DNA of 64,000 nucleotides from the human T2T-CHM13v2.0 reference genome, Homo sapiens: the NCBI RefSeq assembly GCF_009914755.1, contig NC_060947.1; one strand, given 5' to 3'. Both the position numbers and the translations under genes were made by a program. How positions within the stretch are numbered: the first letter of the stretch is position 1; every line of letters starts with the position of its first letter. The notes under the pieces are model-generated. The model did not search any database, had not been told where the DNA came from, and was given only the letters and a program-made list of their open reading frames with translations. This document shows, piece after piece, positions 25,365 through 41,404 of this stretch.

Positions 25365-26392
25365 ATGCTTTCCAGGTCTTTATCCCATGGTCTTGGCTAT
25401 TAGTTTTTTGCTCCCTTATAGTTATGAAAATTTCTCTAGCAAGTGCTTTCTCTGCAGCCTGCATGAATGCTTCTCTCCCCAAAAAAAGCTTTTCCTTTCT
25501 TTGTTACATGGCCTGGTGGTAAATTTTCCAAATGTTTTTGTTGCAAATATACATTTGTAAACATAAATTTCAAATTTAAGCCATTTTTTTAATGCATTTG
25601 AGCATAGGCTCTTAGAAGCAGCTAGGCCACATCTTGAATGCTTTGCTGCTTAGAAATTTCTTCTGCCTCATACCCTAGGTAATCACTCTCAAGTTCAAAC
25701 TTCCACTGATCCCTGGGTCATTAACAGAATGTCACCAAGCTCTTTGCTAAGGCAGACCTTTGCTCTAGTTTCCTATAAGTTCCTCATTTCCATCTGAGAC
25801 CCTGCCAGCCGAGAATTCACTGTCCATATCAACAGTTTGTTTCCAATCATGTAACCAGTCCTTAAGAAGTTCCAAACTTTATCTCATTTTCTTTTTTTCT
25901 CCCGAGGCCTCATAACTCTTCCAACTTCTGCCTGTTATCCAGTTCTAAAGCTCCTTCCACATTTTCAGGTATCTTTTGGTACCAGTTTTCTTTAGTAGTC
26001 CATGTTTACATTGCCATAAAGGAATACTTGAGACTGGGTAATTTAAAAGAAAAGAGATGTAATTGGCTCACATTTTTTGCAGGCTGTACAGAAAGCATAG
26101 TGGAAGCATCTTCTCAGCTTCTGGGAAGGCCTAGAGAGCTTTTACTCATAGTGGAAGGTAAAGCAGGGCAGGCATGTCATATGGTGAAAACAGGATCAAG
26201 AGGGAGTTGGAGAGGAGGTGCCATATACTGTCAACCAACCAGATCTCAAGAGAACTTGCTATTGTGAGGACAGCACCAAGCCAGGGTGGATCCCCCCTCA
26301 TGACCCAAACACCTCTTGCCAGGCCGCACCTTTACACTGAGTATTATCATTTAACGTGATTAGGCAGGCACATATATTCAAACTACATTATC
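25365..26392 (-). mobile_element. Truncated MST (MaLR) element: partial internal region plus one LTR (~25990-26392)
   Basis: MaLR-internal sequence (tgaatgctttgctgcttagaaatttc) followed by an MST-type LTR (cattgccataaaggaatacttgagactgggtaattt, gcaggctgtacagaaagcat). Confidence 0.82.
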
Positions 26393-27628
26393 TACCTAGT
26401 ATTTCTAAGACCCCAAATTAGAATAAGAAGTTTTTAGTTTTAATTCATCTCACAGAGCACTTTGTCTCTGTTAATTCTACAGATCTAAGGAAAGACATAG
26501 AATTTCATATTTCAAATAATAGGTATCTTTCAGTCAGAATGGTTTTTCTTAAAGGAGTAAACATTCCTGCCCTTTGAAAAACAGCAAGACTCCCTTTATC
26601 TTCCTGTGACATTGCTTTCGATGGCTTGAAAATCTCTGTGGCATAAAAGTGGAAATGTGTTGTAGATAATGATCCATGAAAAGTGGATTCACTTATTCTT
26701 AGTATGCTGCCATATTTTAAAATGTCACATATTTCAAAGTAGTTATTAAAATTTGTCATTATCTTTGTAAAAATATACTTAGCCCACTAACACTTGTTTC
26801 TCTCTATTACTTCAGGAACAACTTGTGCATTCATAGAAATATAAAATAGTAATCTTACATAATGAGATTTATCTCATTCTGACTTGGCCATTGGGAGCTT
26901 TGTGCTATTTCCAGTTTTCCTTTCTTATTTAATGAGTCGTCAACATTCCTGGAATACTTTAATTGTTATTGTTCTGGGTAGGAGGAGAAAATGTTCTAGG
27001 AGTGTTTTCATGATTAAAAGAAGTATTTTACATTCATTGAAATTATTTAACACTTTAATTTTATGAATTTTTTATATATTTCTTTGCAGGACTTGATATA
27101 TCAGCAATGTGAATGATCATATAAAATTAAGAGGGTTTGGAAGGCCCAACTGTTTAAAATTGTTTATGCATCTCTCCATCACCACCACCACACACAGAAA
27201 TAACTTCATTAGGTAGTGAAGGCCTTTTGCCTTTTCTCATTTCTAATATATATGTAAATATCATTCAGAAGAATCTCAAATACTGCCTATTATTATCTAA
27301 TAACCTAGCAAGTCTCCTGCTCAATCATGAAGTAATCACTTGAGGAAGTGTTGTGTAACCAATATGATAAATAATATGATGCATATATAATAGGAACTAA
27401 TATCTGAGGACTAAATTGACTAAAATGACTTCAATTTTGAACAGAAATCCAACAGAATACTTTGGCTTGCAATAGACCCATAAAAGGATTTATGATTCTG
27501 TACTCGTGATAATTTTAAATTTGGTTTAAACGTTACATATTTTTTACTAATACAAATAACACAAATTTACAGCACACAATTTGTTAAATATGGCACTATG
27601 CAGAAATATCTATATTTTGCTTTATTTC

Positions 27629-27980
27629 TACTCTAGTCTGAATATGTCCTCCATAATTCATATGTTGAAACTTAATCAACAATGTGGTAGTATTAATAGG
27701 TGGGTGCTTAAGTTACAAGGTGATTAAGTCACGTGGGTGGAGCCTTCATGCATGGGATTGGGGCCCTTATAAAAGGTTTTCAGAGAGTAGATTCTTTTTC
27801 CTTTCACTCTTCCACCTTCTTCCCTTTGGGGACACAGCAAGAAGGTTCTCACAAGACGTCAAATAACAGCTCCTTAATACTGGACTTCCCAGTCTCCAGA
27901 ACTGAAAGAAATGAAGTTCTGTTATTTATAAATTCCTGAGTCTCAGGTATTTTGTTATAGAACGCAAATGTACTAAGATA
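27629..27980 (+). mobile_element. MLT1A/MSTD-like MaLR solo LTR
   Basis: tctgaatatgtcctccataattcatatgttgaaacttaatc...cttcccagtctccagaactgaaagaaat...tactaagata. Confidence 0.8.
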
Positions 27981-28234
27981 GTTCCCTTTTACATGTAACA
28001 TACATCTGTATCTATACCCATACAGGTATCCATCACAATCTCAATTCACATTATGTGAATTTAAGAACTGAAAAGTTTTGTAGCATTCCTATATCCATGT
28101 TTATCTTTGAAAATCAACATCAGTTTACTAATTGAGGTCTGAAAGACATATACTTTCTGTTTATTTTATTTAAATGAACTTAATTATACACTAAATTTCC
28201 TATTTTTGTAGACCAATAGAAAATTAAACCTCAG

Positions 28235-28552
28235 GGCTGGGCATGATGGCTCACACCTGTTATCCCAGCACTCTGGGAGGCCAAGGTGAGAAGATCTTTT
28301 GAGGTCAGGAGTTTGAGACTAGACTGAAAAATATAACAAAACCCTGTCTCTAAAAATAAAAATGTCAAAAGTTAGCCAGGTGTGGTGGCACAAACCCGTA
28401 GTCCGAATTATTCAGGTGCCTGAGGCAGGAGAATTGCTTTGGTTTAGAAGTTTGAGGTTGCAGTGAGCTATGATTGGGCCACTTCAATCCAGCCTGGACG
28501 ACAGAGCAAGACCATGACTTTAAAAAACAAGAGAGGGAAAAATAAAAATAAA
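28235..28552 (+). mobile_element. Alu (AluJ-like)
   Basis: Dimeric Alu with A-rich linker and tail, highly diverged. Confidence 0.92.
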
Positions 28553-29888
28553 AATACATCTCATTCTTTCCTGAGGATCTCTTACCAAGGTTGTATGTCT
28601 CTGCAAAATCCACACAGAGTTTTATGTTTTTGTAGTCATATCAATCTTCTATTTTATTAGTTTTATTTTTAGTGTTTTGCATAAAAATAACCACTCCCAA
28701 AAAGATAATATGCATTTGTATTTGATGCAGGTCATATATAAAACATATCATTATGTTAAATAATTATACTTCATTCTAAAATAGTTCTGGACACTCTGTT
28801 TTGTTTAATCTTTCTATATATCCTTGATCATCTTGTTTAATGGTACATTTTCAGAACTCTTGACACAACCATCATTAAATAGGTTTCTATATAAACATTT
28901 TCTTTGTTGTTATTCTATTTACGGTTTCCAGAAAACTTGGGAATTATATTTGCAAGTTTTTAAATAAAATTACTCAATTTGAAGTACATTATAATAATTG
29001 TATTTAAGCAAGAATTGACATCATAATATGCAGTTTTCACTCAGGAACTTAGAAGGACTCTCAATTTTATTTTTATAGTACTTACATATTTATAGTTAAT
29101 TATATTATAAAATGTTCACATTTGCAATAAAATGTCAATGATATTTTTATAATTACACTTTCTAAAGAATTTATTTTATATACAGAATTGTATTTTTTGT
29201 ATTTATGCATAACTTTCTAATTAGACTCATACTTCAAATAGATTTTGTCATCTCTCATATTATAAATGTAACAATTAATCATCTCATGTTATTTTTGTCC
29301 ACTTGGTTGATGTTGTTTGTGGGTTTCTGCTAGTGGTGTGGGGGATATTTCCCATAATCCAGAATGATATTTCTTTGGCCCAGCTTCAAACATGCAGGAA
29401 AATGAATGACAAAATAGAAAGAATCAGGTTCTCTAAATTAATGCATAAACAAAGTGCATAATCAATATGAACATTACACTTCCACATGTTTGGATGACAC
29501 TGTAACATTTTCAAGTGGTTGTATTAGGGCACAAATTTTTATCCCTATAAAAATATAATTATCTCGAGCCACTTGATTATCCCCAGTGACATAAATTACA
29601 TTCTATGAGCAATTATATTTTTAATAAATATTAAAATTAATTATCAATACAGTGATCTGCTTCCAGCAGGTATGCTAATTCCTAGAATATTCAAGTATGC
29701 CAATTTTCCTGAATCTACTTTAGCAAAGTAAATTTTCTGAGAAAATTGTACACAGATTTCCCAGTTTACATAACTATTTTATAATACTATTATTGTTAAT
29801 AATCCTCTTGTTTACCTATAGTTTACTGTTTTCATCCCTGATATTGTAAATTGTTTCTTCATATAAAATTGACAAGATATTTAGCTGT

Positions 29889-32171
29889 TGTATTAGTCCA
29901 TTCTCACGCTGCTATAAAGAACTGCCTGAGACTGGGTAATTTATAAAGAAAAGGTGTTTAATTGATTCACAGTTCCAGAAGGCTGGGGAAGCCTCAGGTA
30001 ACTTACAATCATGTTAGAAGGGGAAGCAAACACATCCTTCTTCACGTGGCAACAGGAAAAAGAAGTGCTGAGCAAAAGAAGAAAAACCCTTCATAAAACC
30101 ATTGGATCTTGTGAGAAGTCACTCAGTATCACAAGAACAGCATGGAGGTAAGTGCCCCCATGATTCAATTCTCTGCCACTGACATGTGAAGATTATGAGA
30201 ACTACAATTCAAGATGAGATTTGAGTGGGGACACCATCAAACCATATCATTCTGTCCTTGGCTCCTTCCAAGTCTTATGTCTTCACATTTCAAAACACAA
30301 TCATGCCTTTCCAATAGTCCACTAACCCGAATGTCCAAGTCCAAAGTCTCATGTGAGACAAAACAATTTACTTCTGCCTTTGAGCTTGTAAAATCAAAAG
30401 CATGTTAGTTACTTCCTAGATAAAATAGGAATACAGGAATTGGGTAAATATACCCATTACAAATGGGAGAAAGTGGCCAAAGTGAAGGGTCCACAGGCCC
30501 CAATGCAAGTCCAAAATCCAGTGGGACAGGCAAATCTTAAAACTCCAAAATGATCTTCTTTGACTCAATGTCTCACATCCAGGTCACACTAAGGCAAGAG
30601 GTTGGCTCCCACAGCCTTGGGCAGCTCTGCCCCTGTGGCTTTGCAGGGCACATCTCCCCTCCCAGCTGCTTTCACAAGCTGGCATTGAGTGTCTTTGGCT
30701 TTTCCAGGCACACAGTGCAAGCTGTCGGTGGATCTACCATTCTGCAATTTAGAGGATGATGGCCATCTTCTCCAGTAGGTAGTGTCCCAGTGAGGACTCT
30801 ATGTCGGGGCTCCAACCCCTACATTTTTCTTCCACACTGCCCTAGCAGAGGTTCTCCATGAGGGCTCTGCTCCTCAAGTAAACTTCTGCCTAGATATCCA
30901 GGCATTTCGATACATCCTCTGAAATCTAGGTGGGGGTTCCCAAACCTTAATTCTTGTCTTCTGTGCACTCACAGGCCCAACACCAAGTGTAAGCCACCAA
31001 GGCTTGAGGCTTGCACCCTCTGAAGCAACACCCTGAGCTGTACCTTGGCCCCTTGTAGCCACGGCTGAGATGCAGGGCACCAAGTCCCAAAGCTTCACAA
31101 AGCAGCAAGGCCCTGGACCCAGCCCATGAAACCACTCTTTCCTTCTAGGCCTCCAGACCTGTGATTGGAGGGGCTGCCATGAAGGTCTCTTACGTGCCTC
31201 AGAAACATTTTCCCCATTGTCTTGGCAATTAGCATTTGGCTCCTCATTACATAAGCAAATTTTTGCAGCCAGATTGAATTTCTCCTCAGAAATAGGGTTT
31301 TCTTTTCTATTGCATTGTCAGGCTGCAAATTGTCCGAACTTTTATGCTCTACTTTCTCTTGAATGCTTTGCTGCTTATAAATTTCTTCCACAAGATACCC
31401 TAAGCCATCTTTCTCAAAGTCAAAATTCCATAGAACTGTAAGGCAGGGGCCAAATGCCACCAGTCTCTTTACATAGCAGGAATGACCTTTACTCCAGTTC
31501 CCAACAAGTTTCTCATCTCCATCTGAGACCACCTCAGCCTGGACTTTATTGTCCATATCAGTATAATCATTTGGTCAAAGCCACTCAACAAGTCTACAGG
31601 AATTTCCAAACTTTCCCACATCTTTCTGTCTTCTAAGTCCTCCAAGTGTCTAGGAACTTCCAAACTTTCCCACATTTTTCTGTCTTCTTCTAAGGTAACA
31701 AAACTATTCCAACCTCTGCCTGTTACCCAGTTTCGAAATCTCTTCCAAATTTTCAGGTATTTTTATAGCAGCACTCCACTCTCTGTGGTACCAATTTACT
31801 GTATTAGGCTGTTCTCCCACTGCCATAAAAAAATGTCTGAGACTGGGTAATTTATAAAGGAAAGAGGTTTAATTGACTCACAGTTTCAGGGCTGGAGAGG
31901 CCTCAGGAAACTTACAATCATGGCAGAAGGGGAAGCAAATGCATCCTTCTTCACATGGAGGCAGGAAGGAGAAATACTGAGCAAAAGTGGAAAAGCCCCT
32001 TATAAAACCATCAGATCTCATGTGAACTCACTCACTATCACAAGAACAGTGTGAAGGTAACCACCCTCATGATTCAATTACCTTCCCCTAGGTCACTCCT
32101 ATGCCAGTTGGGGATTATGGGAACTACAATTCAAGATGAGATTTGGGTGGGGACACAGCCAAACCATATCA
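29889..32171 (-). mobile_element. Two-LTR THE1C-like element: LTRs 29889-30249 and 31800-32171
   Basis: Paired LTRs (gaaggggaagcaaac/tgcatccttcttcac) and internal region. Perfect TSD GCTGT at 29884-29888 and 32172-32176. Confidence 0.94.
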
Positions 32172-33874
32172 GCTGTGTATTTGATTTTTTTCATAATATA
32201 CTTTGGATTATTATAATCTGCATTTTGGCTTCTACTGTTATCTATTTTCTTATTTTGTTAGATATACTAATCATTTCTTACATTACCTTTTACTGTATTT
32301 TACTGTTATAATCTGAGCTCTTGAATTTAATATTTTATTTAGTTTCATACTTTGTTGACATAATGAAAAGATGTAAATCTGTGAATTTCCTTATGGGCAA
32401 AATTTTGATTTTGTCTTATGTATTTTGATATTCACTGTTATGACTATTTTTTAAAGTAATACATTTAAGCAAGTAATTTTGGAGATTGTTTTCAAATTTG
32501 TTGCTTATTTATTTAGTTTTGTTATTAGTTTCAAGATGTATTGTATTGTGTTCATTAAGTGTCCTTCATAACCTTTCTGTATTATTGTATTTTACTATAA
32601 GCTTGGTAAAAAGTAACTATTAGTATATACCCTTTAAGTATATATATAAAATTTATGGTTTGTGGGTAGGCTGTTTGACTTTAATCTATATCATATACTA
32701 TTCTAAGATCACCTCTGAAATATTATTTTTATAATTTTTCTGTAAAAAAAGTAATCTGAAATTTACATTTTTATATAATTATAATTAGGCATTCAAATTT
32801 ATAATTGTAACATAGATTATATCTAGGTTTGCTATCAACATTTTTGAAATAAATCATCCTTCATCTAATAAATTTAAATTCTAATATTTTAATAATTTAT
32901 TATATATTGTAATTTTTGTAAGCTATCCAATGATCTGCACATGTATTTATCTGTCCATTTCAGCAAAAAAAAGAGAGAAGACACAAGTAGCATTGGCATC
33001 TTTTATTGATCAAAGTCAATACTTCATAAAATCAATGAGTACCATTCATTAGTGTGTCTATGCATATCTGCAATTATGTCTTTGTGTAGATGTTTGTTGC
33101 CTTATTTTATATTTTATTTGCTCAAAATATATAAGTGAATCATTTTTGCACCTAGAAAACATCTTAAAAACATAGTTGAGCATTCATTGTGAAACCTATA
33201 AGAATTAGGAGTTGGGGCATTGTAAAGTAGAAATGGACAAAAGAAAAAAAGAACTAACAAGCTGTCTCAAATATGAAATTTTACAAAAGGTAGAGAAAGT
33301 GTTGCTTGGGCATTTCCTGATTGTATGGCTCTCATTTATGAACTTCTTGATGCTTAGTGTGCACTTCACAATTTAGAATTTGGTTACATTTGAGCCATGC
33401 TTGCATGTATTTTTATGAATTCTCCAGACATTGCATCTTGTGGAGTGGTATTTTTGCCAACATATTAACTTCCAACATCCAGTGCTGTTGTAATTATTTG
33501 TAATTTAGGATTGGTATACAGAACATTTACAATAAAGTTAACTATATATTAAACTAATTATTAAATGATACATATTTCAAATGTAAAACACATAACACCT
33601 TAATGTGGAAGCTGAAATTTCTTCTTTTGTAATTTCCTATCTAAATGAACTTCACCCCATGTATGATTTTAATGGAATGAGTTACCCTCTGGATTCTCCT
33701 TTTCATTCCTACATTTTTTGGTGTTAAATTTAATCATTCTGTAAAAGTTAACATTATTTTTATATGTATGTTTGGACCCCTGGGTTATCATAAAATATGA
33801 TATTCACATTTTATAACTTTTTGCAAATCAAACACATATTTTCATTCCTTTTATACAAGGTTATTTGCATTTTC

Positions 33875-34180
33875 TTTCTTCTTTTTTTTTTTTGAGACAG
33901 GGCTTCACTCTTTTGCCTAGGCTGGACTATAGTGGCATGGTCTTGGCTCACTGCTACCTCCACCTCCCAGGCTCAAGCAATCCTCCCACCTCAGCCTAAT
34001 AGGTAGCTGGGACTACAGGCATGCACAACCAACCACACCTGGATAATTTTTGTAGTTCTTTTGTAGAGACAAGGTTTTACTATATTGTTAAAGCTGGCCG
34101 TGGACTCCTGGACTCAAGCAATTAACCTGCCTTGGCCTCTCAAAGCACTGGGCTTACAGACATGAGCCACTGTGCCCAGA
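33875..34180 (-). mobile_element. Alu (AluJ-like)
   Basis: Poly-T, then gagacagggcttcactc..gctcaagcaatcctcccacctcagcc. Confidence 0.92.
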
Positions 34181-34197
34181 AGTTTATTTCCATTTTC

Positions 34198-34490
<293 letters not shown>

Positions 34491-34707
34491 TTATGTGCAT
34501 TTTCCTTGTGTATTCTGTCATAGTGGTAAATCTCCTCAAGTTCCTAAAAGTTTTCCTCCCTGTTGCAGAGCAGTAATTTTTGGTCTTCATTGATATATAT
34601 ATTTTTTCTAAAATAGTTTCTTGAGTATTGTTGTCTTGCGTCTCTGCTGGTGATCCTCTCTGGCTAATTTGTCCTCTAATTTATTAGAATAAGCTAAAAT
34701 ATAGTCA

Positions 34708-36615
34708 TATTTAACTCAAAAGTGCAAAGTCCAAAGTCTCATCTGAGATAAGGCAAGTCTCTTCCACCTGTGAGCATATAAAATAAAAAATAATTTAGTC
34801 ACTTCTAAGATACAATGTTAGTACAGACATTGGGTAAACATTCCCATTTCAAAAGGGAGAAATCAGACAAAAAGAGGGACTACAGGCCCTATGCATGTCC
34901 AAAGCCCAGCAGGACAGTCATTAAATCTTCAAGCTCCAAAAGAATCTCCTTTGACTCCATGTCCCATATCCAGGGCAACTCGGTGCAAGGGGTGGGCTCC
35001 CAAAGGCTTGGGGAGCTCTGCCCCTGTCCCTTTGCAGGGCTCAGCCCACATAGCTGCTCTCATAGGCTGGTGTTGAGTGCCTGTGGCTTTTCCAGACACA
35101 CAGTGAAAGCTGCTGGTAGATCTATCATTCTGGGGTCTGGAGGATGGAGGCCTTCCTCTTGCACTTCCACTAGGCAGTGCCCCAGTGAAGACTCTGTGTG
35201 GGGGCTCCAACCTCACATTTTTCCTCTGCACTGCCCTAGTAGAGGTTCTCCATTAGGACTCTGCCCCTGCAGCAGGCTTCCTCCTAGACATCCAGGCTTT
35301 TCTATATATCATCTGAAATCTAGGCAGAGGCTCCTAAGTCTCACCTCCTGCATTTGGTGCACCCACAGGCTTAACACCACCTGAAAGCTGCCAAGACTTA
35401 GGGCTTGCACCCTCTGAAGCAGAAACCTGAGCTCTACTTGGGTGCCTTTTACCTATAGCTGGAGCTGGAGGAGCTGCAATATAGTGAACAGTGGCCCGAG
35501 TATGTGCATTGCAGTGGGGTCCTGGGCCTGGTTCATGAAACCTTTCTTTCCTCTTAGACCTCTGGGCCTGTGCTGGGAGGAGCTGCTGGGAAGGTCTCTG
35601 AAATGCCTTGAAGGCCTTCTCCCCATTGTCTTGGATATTAGCACTTGCCCTTTTTTTTGTTTTTAGTTATGCATATTTCTGCATGAATTTCTCCCCTGAA
35701 AATGGGCTTTTCTTTTCTACTACATGGCTAGGTTACAAATTTTCCAAATTTTTACACTCTGCTTCCCTTTTAAATATAAGTTCCAGTTTCAGAACATTTC
35801 TTTGCTCATGCATATGTGCATAGGGTGTTAGAAGCAGCCAGGTCACATCTTGCTTTGATGCTCAGAAATTTCTTCTGCCATATACCCTAAATCATCTCTC
35901 TAAACTTCAAAGTTCCACAAATCCCTAGGGCAGGCACACAATTTAACCAAGCTCTTTTCTAAAGCATAACAAAAGTGAACTCTGCATTAGTTTACAATAA
36001 GTTCCTAATCTCCATCTGTGTCTTCCTCTGCCAGGCCTTCACCATTTTTATCACTACCAGCATTTTGGCCTTGATCATTCAACCAGTCTCTAGGAAGTTC
36101 CAGTTTCCCTTATTTTCCTGTCTTCATCTGAGCCCTCCAAACTCTTCCAACCTCTTCCCATTACCTAGTTTCAAAATTGCTTCCATATGTTCAGGTATCT
36201 TTTTAGAAATGCCTCACTCCTTGGTATCAGTTTTCTATAAGTCCATTCTTGTCCTGTTATAAAAAAAAGTCTGAACCCTGGTAATTTATAAAGAAAAGAG
36301 GTTTAGTTGGCTAAAGTTTCTGCAGGCTGTATAGGAAGCATGATGCTGGCATTTGTTTGGCTTCTGGAGAGGCCTTTACAGTCATCACAGAAAGTGAAGG
36401 GCAAGCAAGTATGTCTTATGTGGCTGGAGCAGTAGCAAGGGAGAAGAGAGTGGGGAGGAACTATGCACTTTCAAATGACCAGATCTCATGAGAACAGAAT
36501 CAAGGGAGAAATCTGCCTCCACGATTTAATTACCTTCCCCTAGGCACCACCTCCAATATTTGGAAATACAATTTGACATGAGATTTGGGCAGGAACACAG
36601 ATCCAAACCATATCC
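34708..36615 (-). mobile_element. MST (MSTA-like) element lacking its 3' LTR: internal ~34708-36233, LTR ~36234-36615
   Basis: Near-complete MaLR internal region, then an LTR ending aggaacacagatccaaaccatatc. Confidence 0.85.
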
Positions 36616-38029
36616 GTGTCACTTAGTGATTTCGGCAATTATTTGTTTTTTAATTAACCAGTTGAGTACCTTGGGACATAAATAAAATGCCATTGCTCTG
36701 AACTTCAATGCATATGCTATCTATCAAGAATCAGTATAAAATGACAAACACAGATTTTTGCAATATATTTGGTATAGAGAGCAATGCATTCAAAGATTTA
36801 TTTATTTCTCGTATCTAGGTAAGTTCTTGTTTCAAACTGTTTTTGTCAAGCATATAGCAATGGAATTTAGAGCTCAACCAATAAAAATTAATGGCGGTAC
36901 CTTATATCTACTTTTTCTATAAAATACATCATAAGAAAATATGCAGTTATAGGACAGTTTATAAGTTAGAAAATAAATATTTTGACTTAGCTCTTGAATA
37001 GATCCATAACTGTGGAGTAGCTTCTCACACATTAAATTTTGTTTTTTAATCTCAGAACATGTTGATGGTGATAAACGTAAGTGTATTACTAAATAAAATG
37101 TGAAAATACTATGTCTCTTTTAAATTTTATGATGGTAAACTTAGAAGACTATGATGAGATTTCTAACAATTTATTATTACCTTTTCTTTAGAAAGTTGAC
37201 TCTTACACCTGAAGACAACAACAACTTCTTGGTTTATGGCAAAATATCTTCTTAGCTTAGTATGAACTCAATTAATTTGTAGGAAGCTATCCTGCTGTGA
37301 AGTTATCAAAGGTGTTGGAAATAAGATTAGCATAAACTTCAAATTCAATTTAGATATTGATACATTAAATATTCATTATTACTGGATATATTTTATATAA
37401 TCATCAATTAGGCATTTGCAAGAGCATAAGAGAAGTAATACTTTTACAAATAAATTTAAGTGGCAAAAACTAACATAATAAAGCATTAACAAAAAGATCT
37501 TTCAAAGGATATTGGTTTCATTATACTACATCTTAATCTTACTTGAATAAAGGCATATAGCTATATAATATTTTGTATTGCTTTTTTTTTTTTTGCTTTT
37601 CTCTTAGATTATGTGGGTTAATACAATAAAATTAAAAGTGAAAAAAAACATTTTTAACCTATCTGGTTTCGGCAAAATGATGATAATATTGTTGATTTTT
37701 AAATCTCTAAAGTCCTCACAAACAATCTGAGCAAGTAATGTAACAAACAAACCAAAACCAAAAAACAAATACATAAAAGCAACTTTGCATATCACCTTTA
37801 ATAACACTGGTAAAATACCAGGAATTCTGGAATATGAGTTAATCAACTACTAATGACTGCAATAAAAGTACAAGGATCAGTAGGTGGGCAGAAGCCAGTG
37901 GAGAGAGGGAAAAAATAATTCTGGGGATCTTAAGGGTCTTGAATATCATTATTGACAACAAGTCCTCAGCTTCAAAAGAAAAGAACTACAATGATGGTTT
38001 AACACTCAGCCAGCAGATCTGAGTACAAA

Positions 38030-38720
38030 TGTTAAATCTGTCATACACAATTTAAAATATGTAAAAATTTAAATACTGACTACAGTATTACAAAAGGAGA
38101 GAGGTGATTAGATATATTAAAGGAATTCTAAGGTCCTTTTGCTGTTTGGAAATTGGTAAATACATTAATATATTTTTATGGTATTAATAACAATAATTAT
38201 TGTAATTACTAAGATAACTACCAGAAGAATAGTAAAAAGAATATAAGATTGGAAAGCTGATACAAAGAAAATGTGGAAAATAAAACAGTTGAAATTAATA
38301 AAACAAAGGAGGGGGAAAAGAGAATATAACACATGTAGGACAAATAGGAAATGAGTAGTAAGATGGTAGATGTAACGCCAAGTATATCAGTAGTTATGAT
38401 ACATAATAAATGGTCTAACAAATTCAATTAAAGGCAAATAATAGCATGTTATATTTTTTTAAATATCCAACTATATGCTGCACACAACAGGCTCACTTTA
38501 AATATGGAGAAACAAATTTTGAAAGCAAAAGAGCAAAAAATCATACTACGAAATTATTACTATAGTAATTTTAGTAAAAGTACACTTTATAGAAGCAACA
38601 TTACTAGAGAAAGAGAAAGATTTTGTCATGGAAGAAGGGTTAGACCCCAAGAAGGTATTTATATATACCACATAATATAGCCGCAAAATGTACAAAGCAA
38701 AATTGGACAAATGTACACTC
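38030..38720 (+). mobile_element. Old L1M fragment (inter-ORF and ORF2 endonuclease start)
   Basis: aagatggtagatgtaacgccaagtatatcagtagtt..aaatggtctaac, tccaactatatgctgcacacaacag. Confidence 0.65.
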
Positions 38721-40496
38721 ATTGCATGAGGTTTAATTTCATTTTAACAGTTTTATTGAGCTTCATTTTAGAAATTATAAAATTCATTAGTTTTAAATAT
38801 GTATTTGAAAGATTTTAGCTGCTTTACTGAGTCATAAAACCACCATCATAAATCTGTTTAGAACATTTTTATCCACTGAATAAGATTTCTCTTGTTCATT
38901 TTCAATTAATCCCTATTCCTATCCCCACACACAGGCAAACACTAATCTGTTTTTGTAAATGTCTTTCCTAGATATTTCATATAAATGGAATCTTACAACA
39001 TGTGAGCTCTAGAATCTGGCTTCTCTTGCTCAGTGTAATGTTTTTAAAATTATTCCATGATGTAGCATGCATCAATATTTGTTCTGTTTTTACTGCTGAA
39101 CAGCATTCAATTGTGTGACTATAAGTCATTTGGCTGTCTGCTCAATGGTTAATGAGCATTTGAGTTGTTTCTAGTTTTGAAAAATTATGAATTAATGCTG
39201 CTATGGACATGCATATACAAGTATTTGTGTAAATATATGTCTTTATTTTTCTAGATAGGAAAATAATTGCTGAGTATTATGGTAGTTTTATGTTTAATTT
39301 CTTAAGAAGTAAAATAGTTTGCAGAGTGGCTGTAACATTTACAGTCCTGTCAATAATATATGAAGACCTTCTTCTCCACACTCTCACCAGTATGCATTAT
39401 GTCCTGTTACTGATTAAAGCCATTGTAATGAACGTGAAATAATATCTCATTTGGGTTTTAATCCGTATTGCCAAATGAATTGTGATATAGATATTTTTAA
39501 TGTGTTTATTAGCCATTTGTGCATCAACTTTGGTAAACTGTCTATTTGAATCTTTTGCCCATTTTTTGATTAGGTTGTTCATTTCTTAATATTCAGTTGT
39601 AAACATTTCTTGTAAATTATGAATAAAAGTCTTTAAGTAGTGTTTCATAAACATTCTTCCCAGGACTTTTTTGTACCTTTTTTTCTTTTTTTGGGGGGGA
39701 GGGGGGAGATTACTATTTTTAAAATTTAATTACTAAAATCGATAGATATTTATGGCATAAAACATGATACTTTGAAATATGTTCACACTGCAGAATGGCT
39801 AAATAAAGCTAGTTAGTATATCTATTATATCACTTACTTACTTACCATATTTGGAGAATGCAACCATTTAAAATCTACTCTCAACTATAGTCACCATTTT
39901 TGTGGAATACATTGAACTTATTTCTCCTGCTAACTAAAATTTTGTATCATTTGACAAACATCTCCCACTCTCACCCCTTCCCAACACCTAACTCATGGTA
40001 ACCACCATTTGACTCTCTGCTTCTATTAGTTTATTTTAGATTTCACATATAAATGAGATCATGCACTATTTGTCTTTCTGTGCTTGACTTATTTCACTTA
40101 ACATCATGTCCTCCAGGTATATCCATGTTGTCACAAATGAGAGGATTTCCTTTTTTAAAGTCTGAATAGTATTCCATTTTTTAATATATGACACATTATT
40201 CTTTATTTATCATCCCTTGATGGACATTTAGGTTGATTCCATAACCTGGCTATTGTTAGTAATGCTGCAATGAACATGGGAGTGCAAGTATCTCTTTGAA
40301 AACTTCATTTTATTTCTTTGGGACTGATATGCAGAAGTAGAGTTGGTGCATTATGTGGTAGCTCTAGTTTTAACATTTTTAAGAAACTCCATACTGTTTT
40401 TCATAATGGTTTTAAGCTTTTCTCCATTTGAAATTGACCCAATTTCCCCATGAAATTAATGTTTACTTTTTTTAATAAACATAGAAATTGACCATC

Positions 40497-41404
<908 letters not shown>

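Noticed and set aside
26505-26759. 84-aa minus-strand ORF in unique sequence
   Set aside because: No recognisable motif or exon structure. The length is expected by chance.
28850-29300. Possible very old L1ME fragment
   Set aside because: Too diverged to support by eye.
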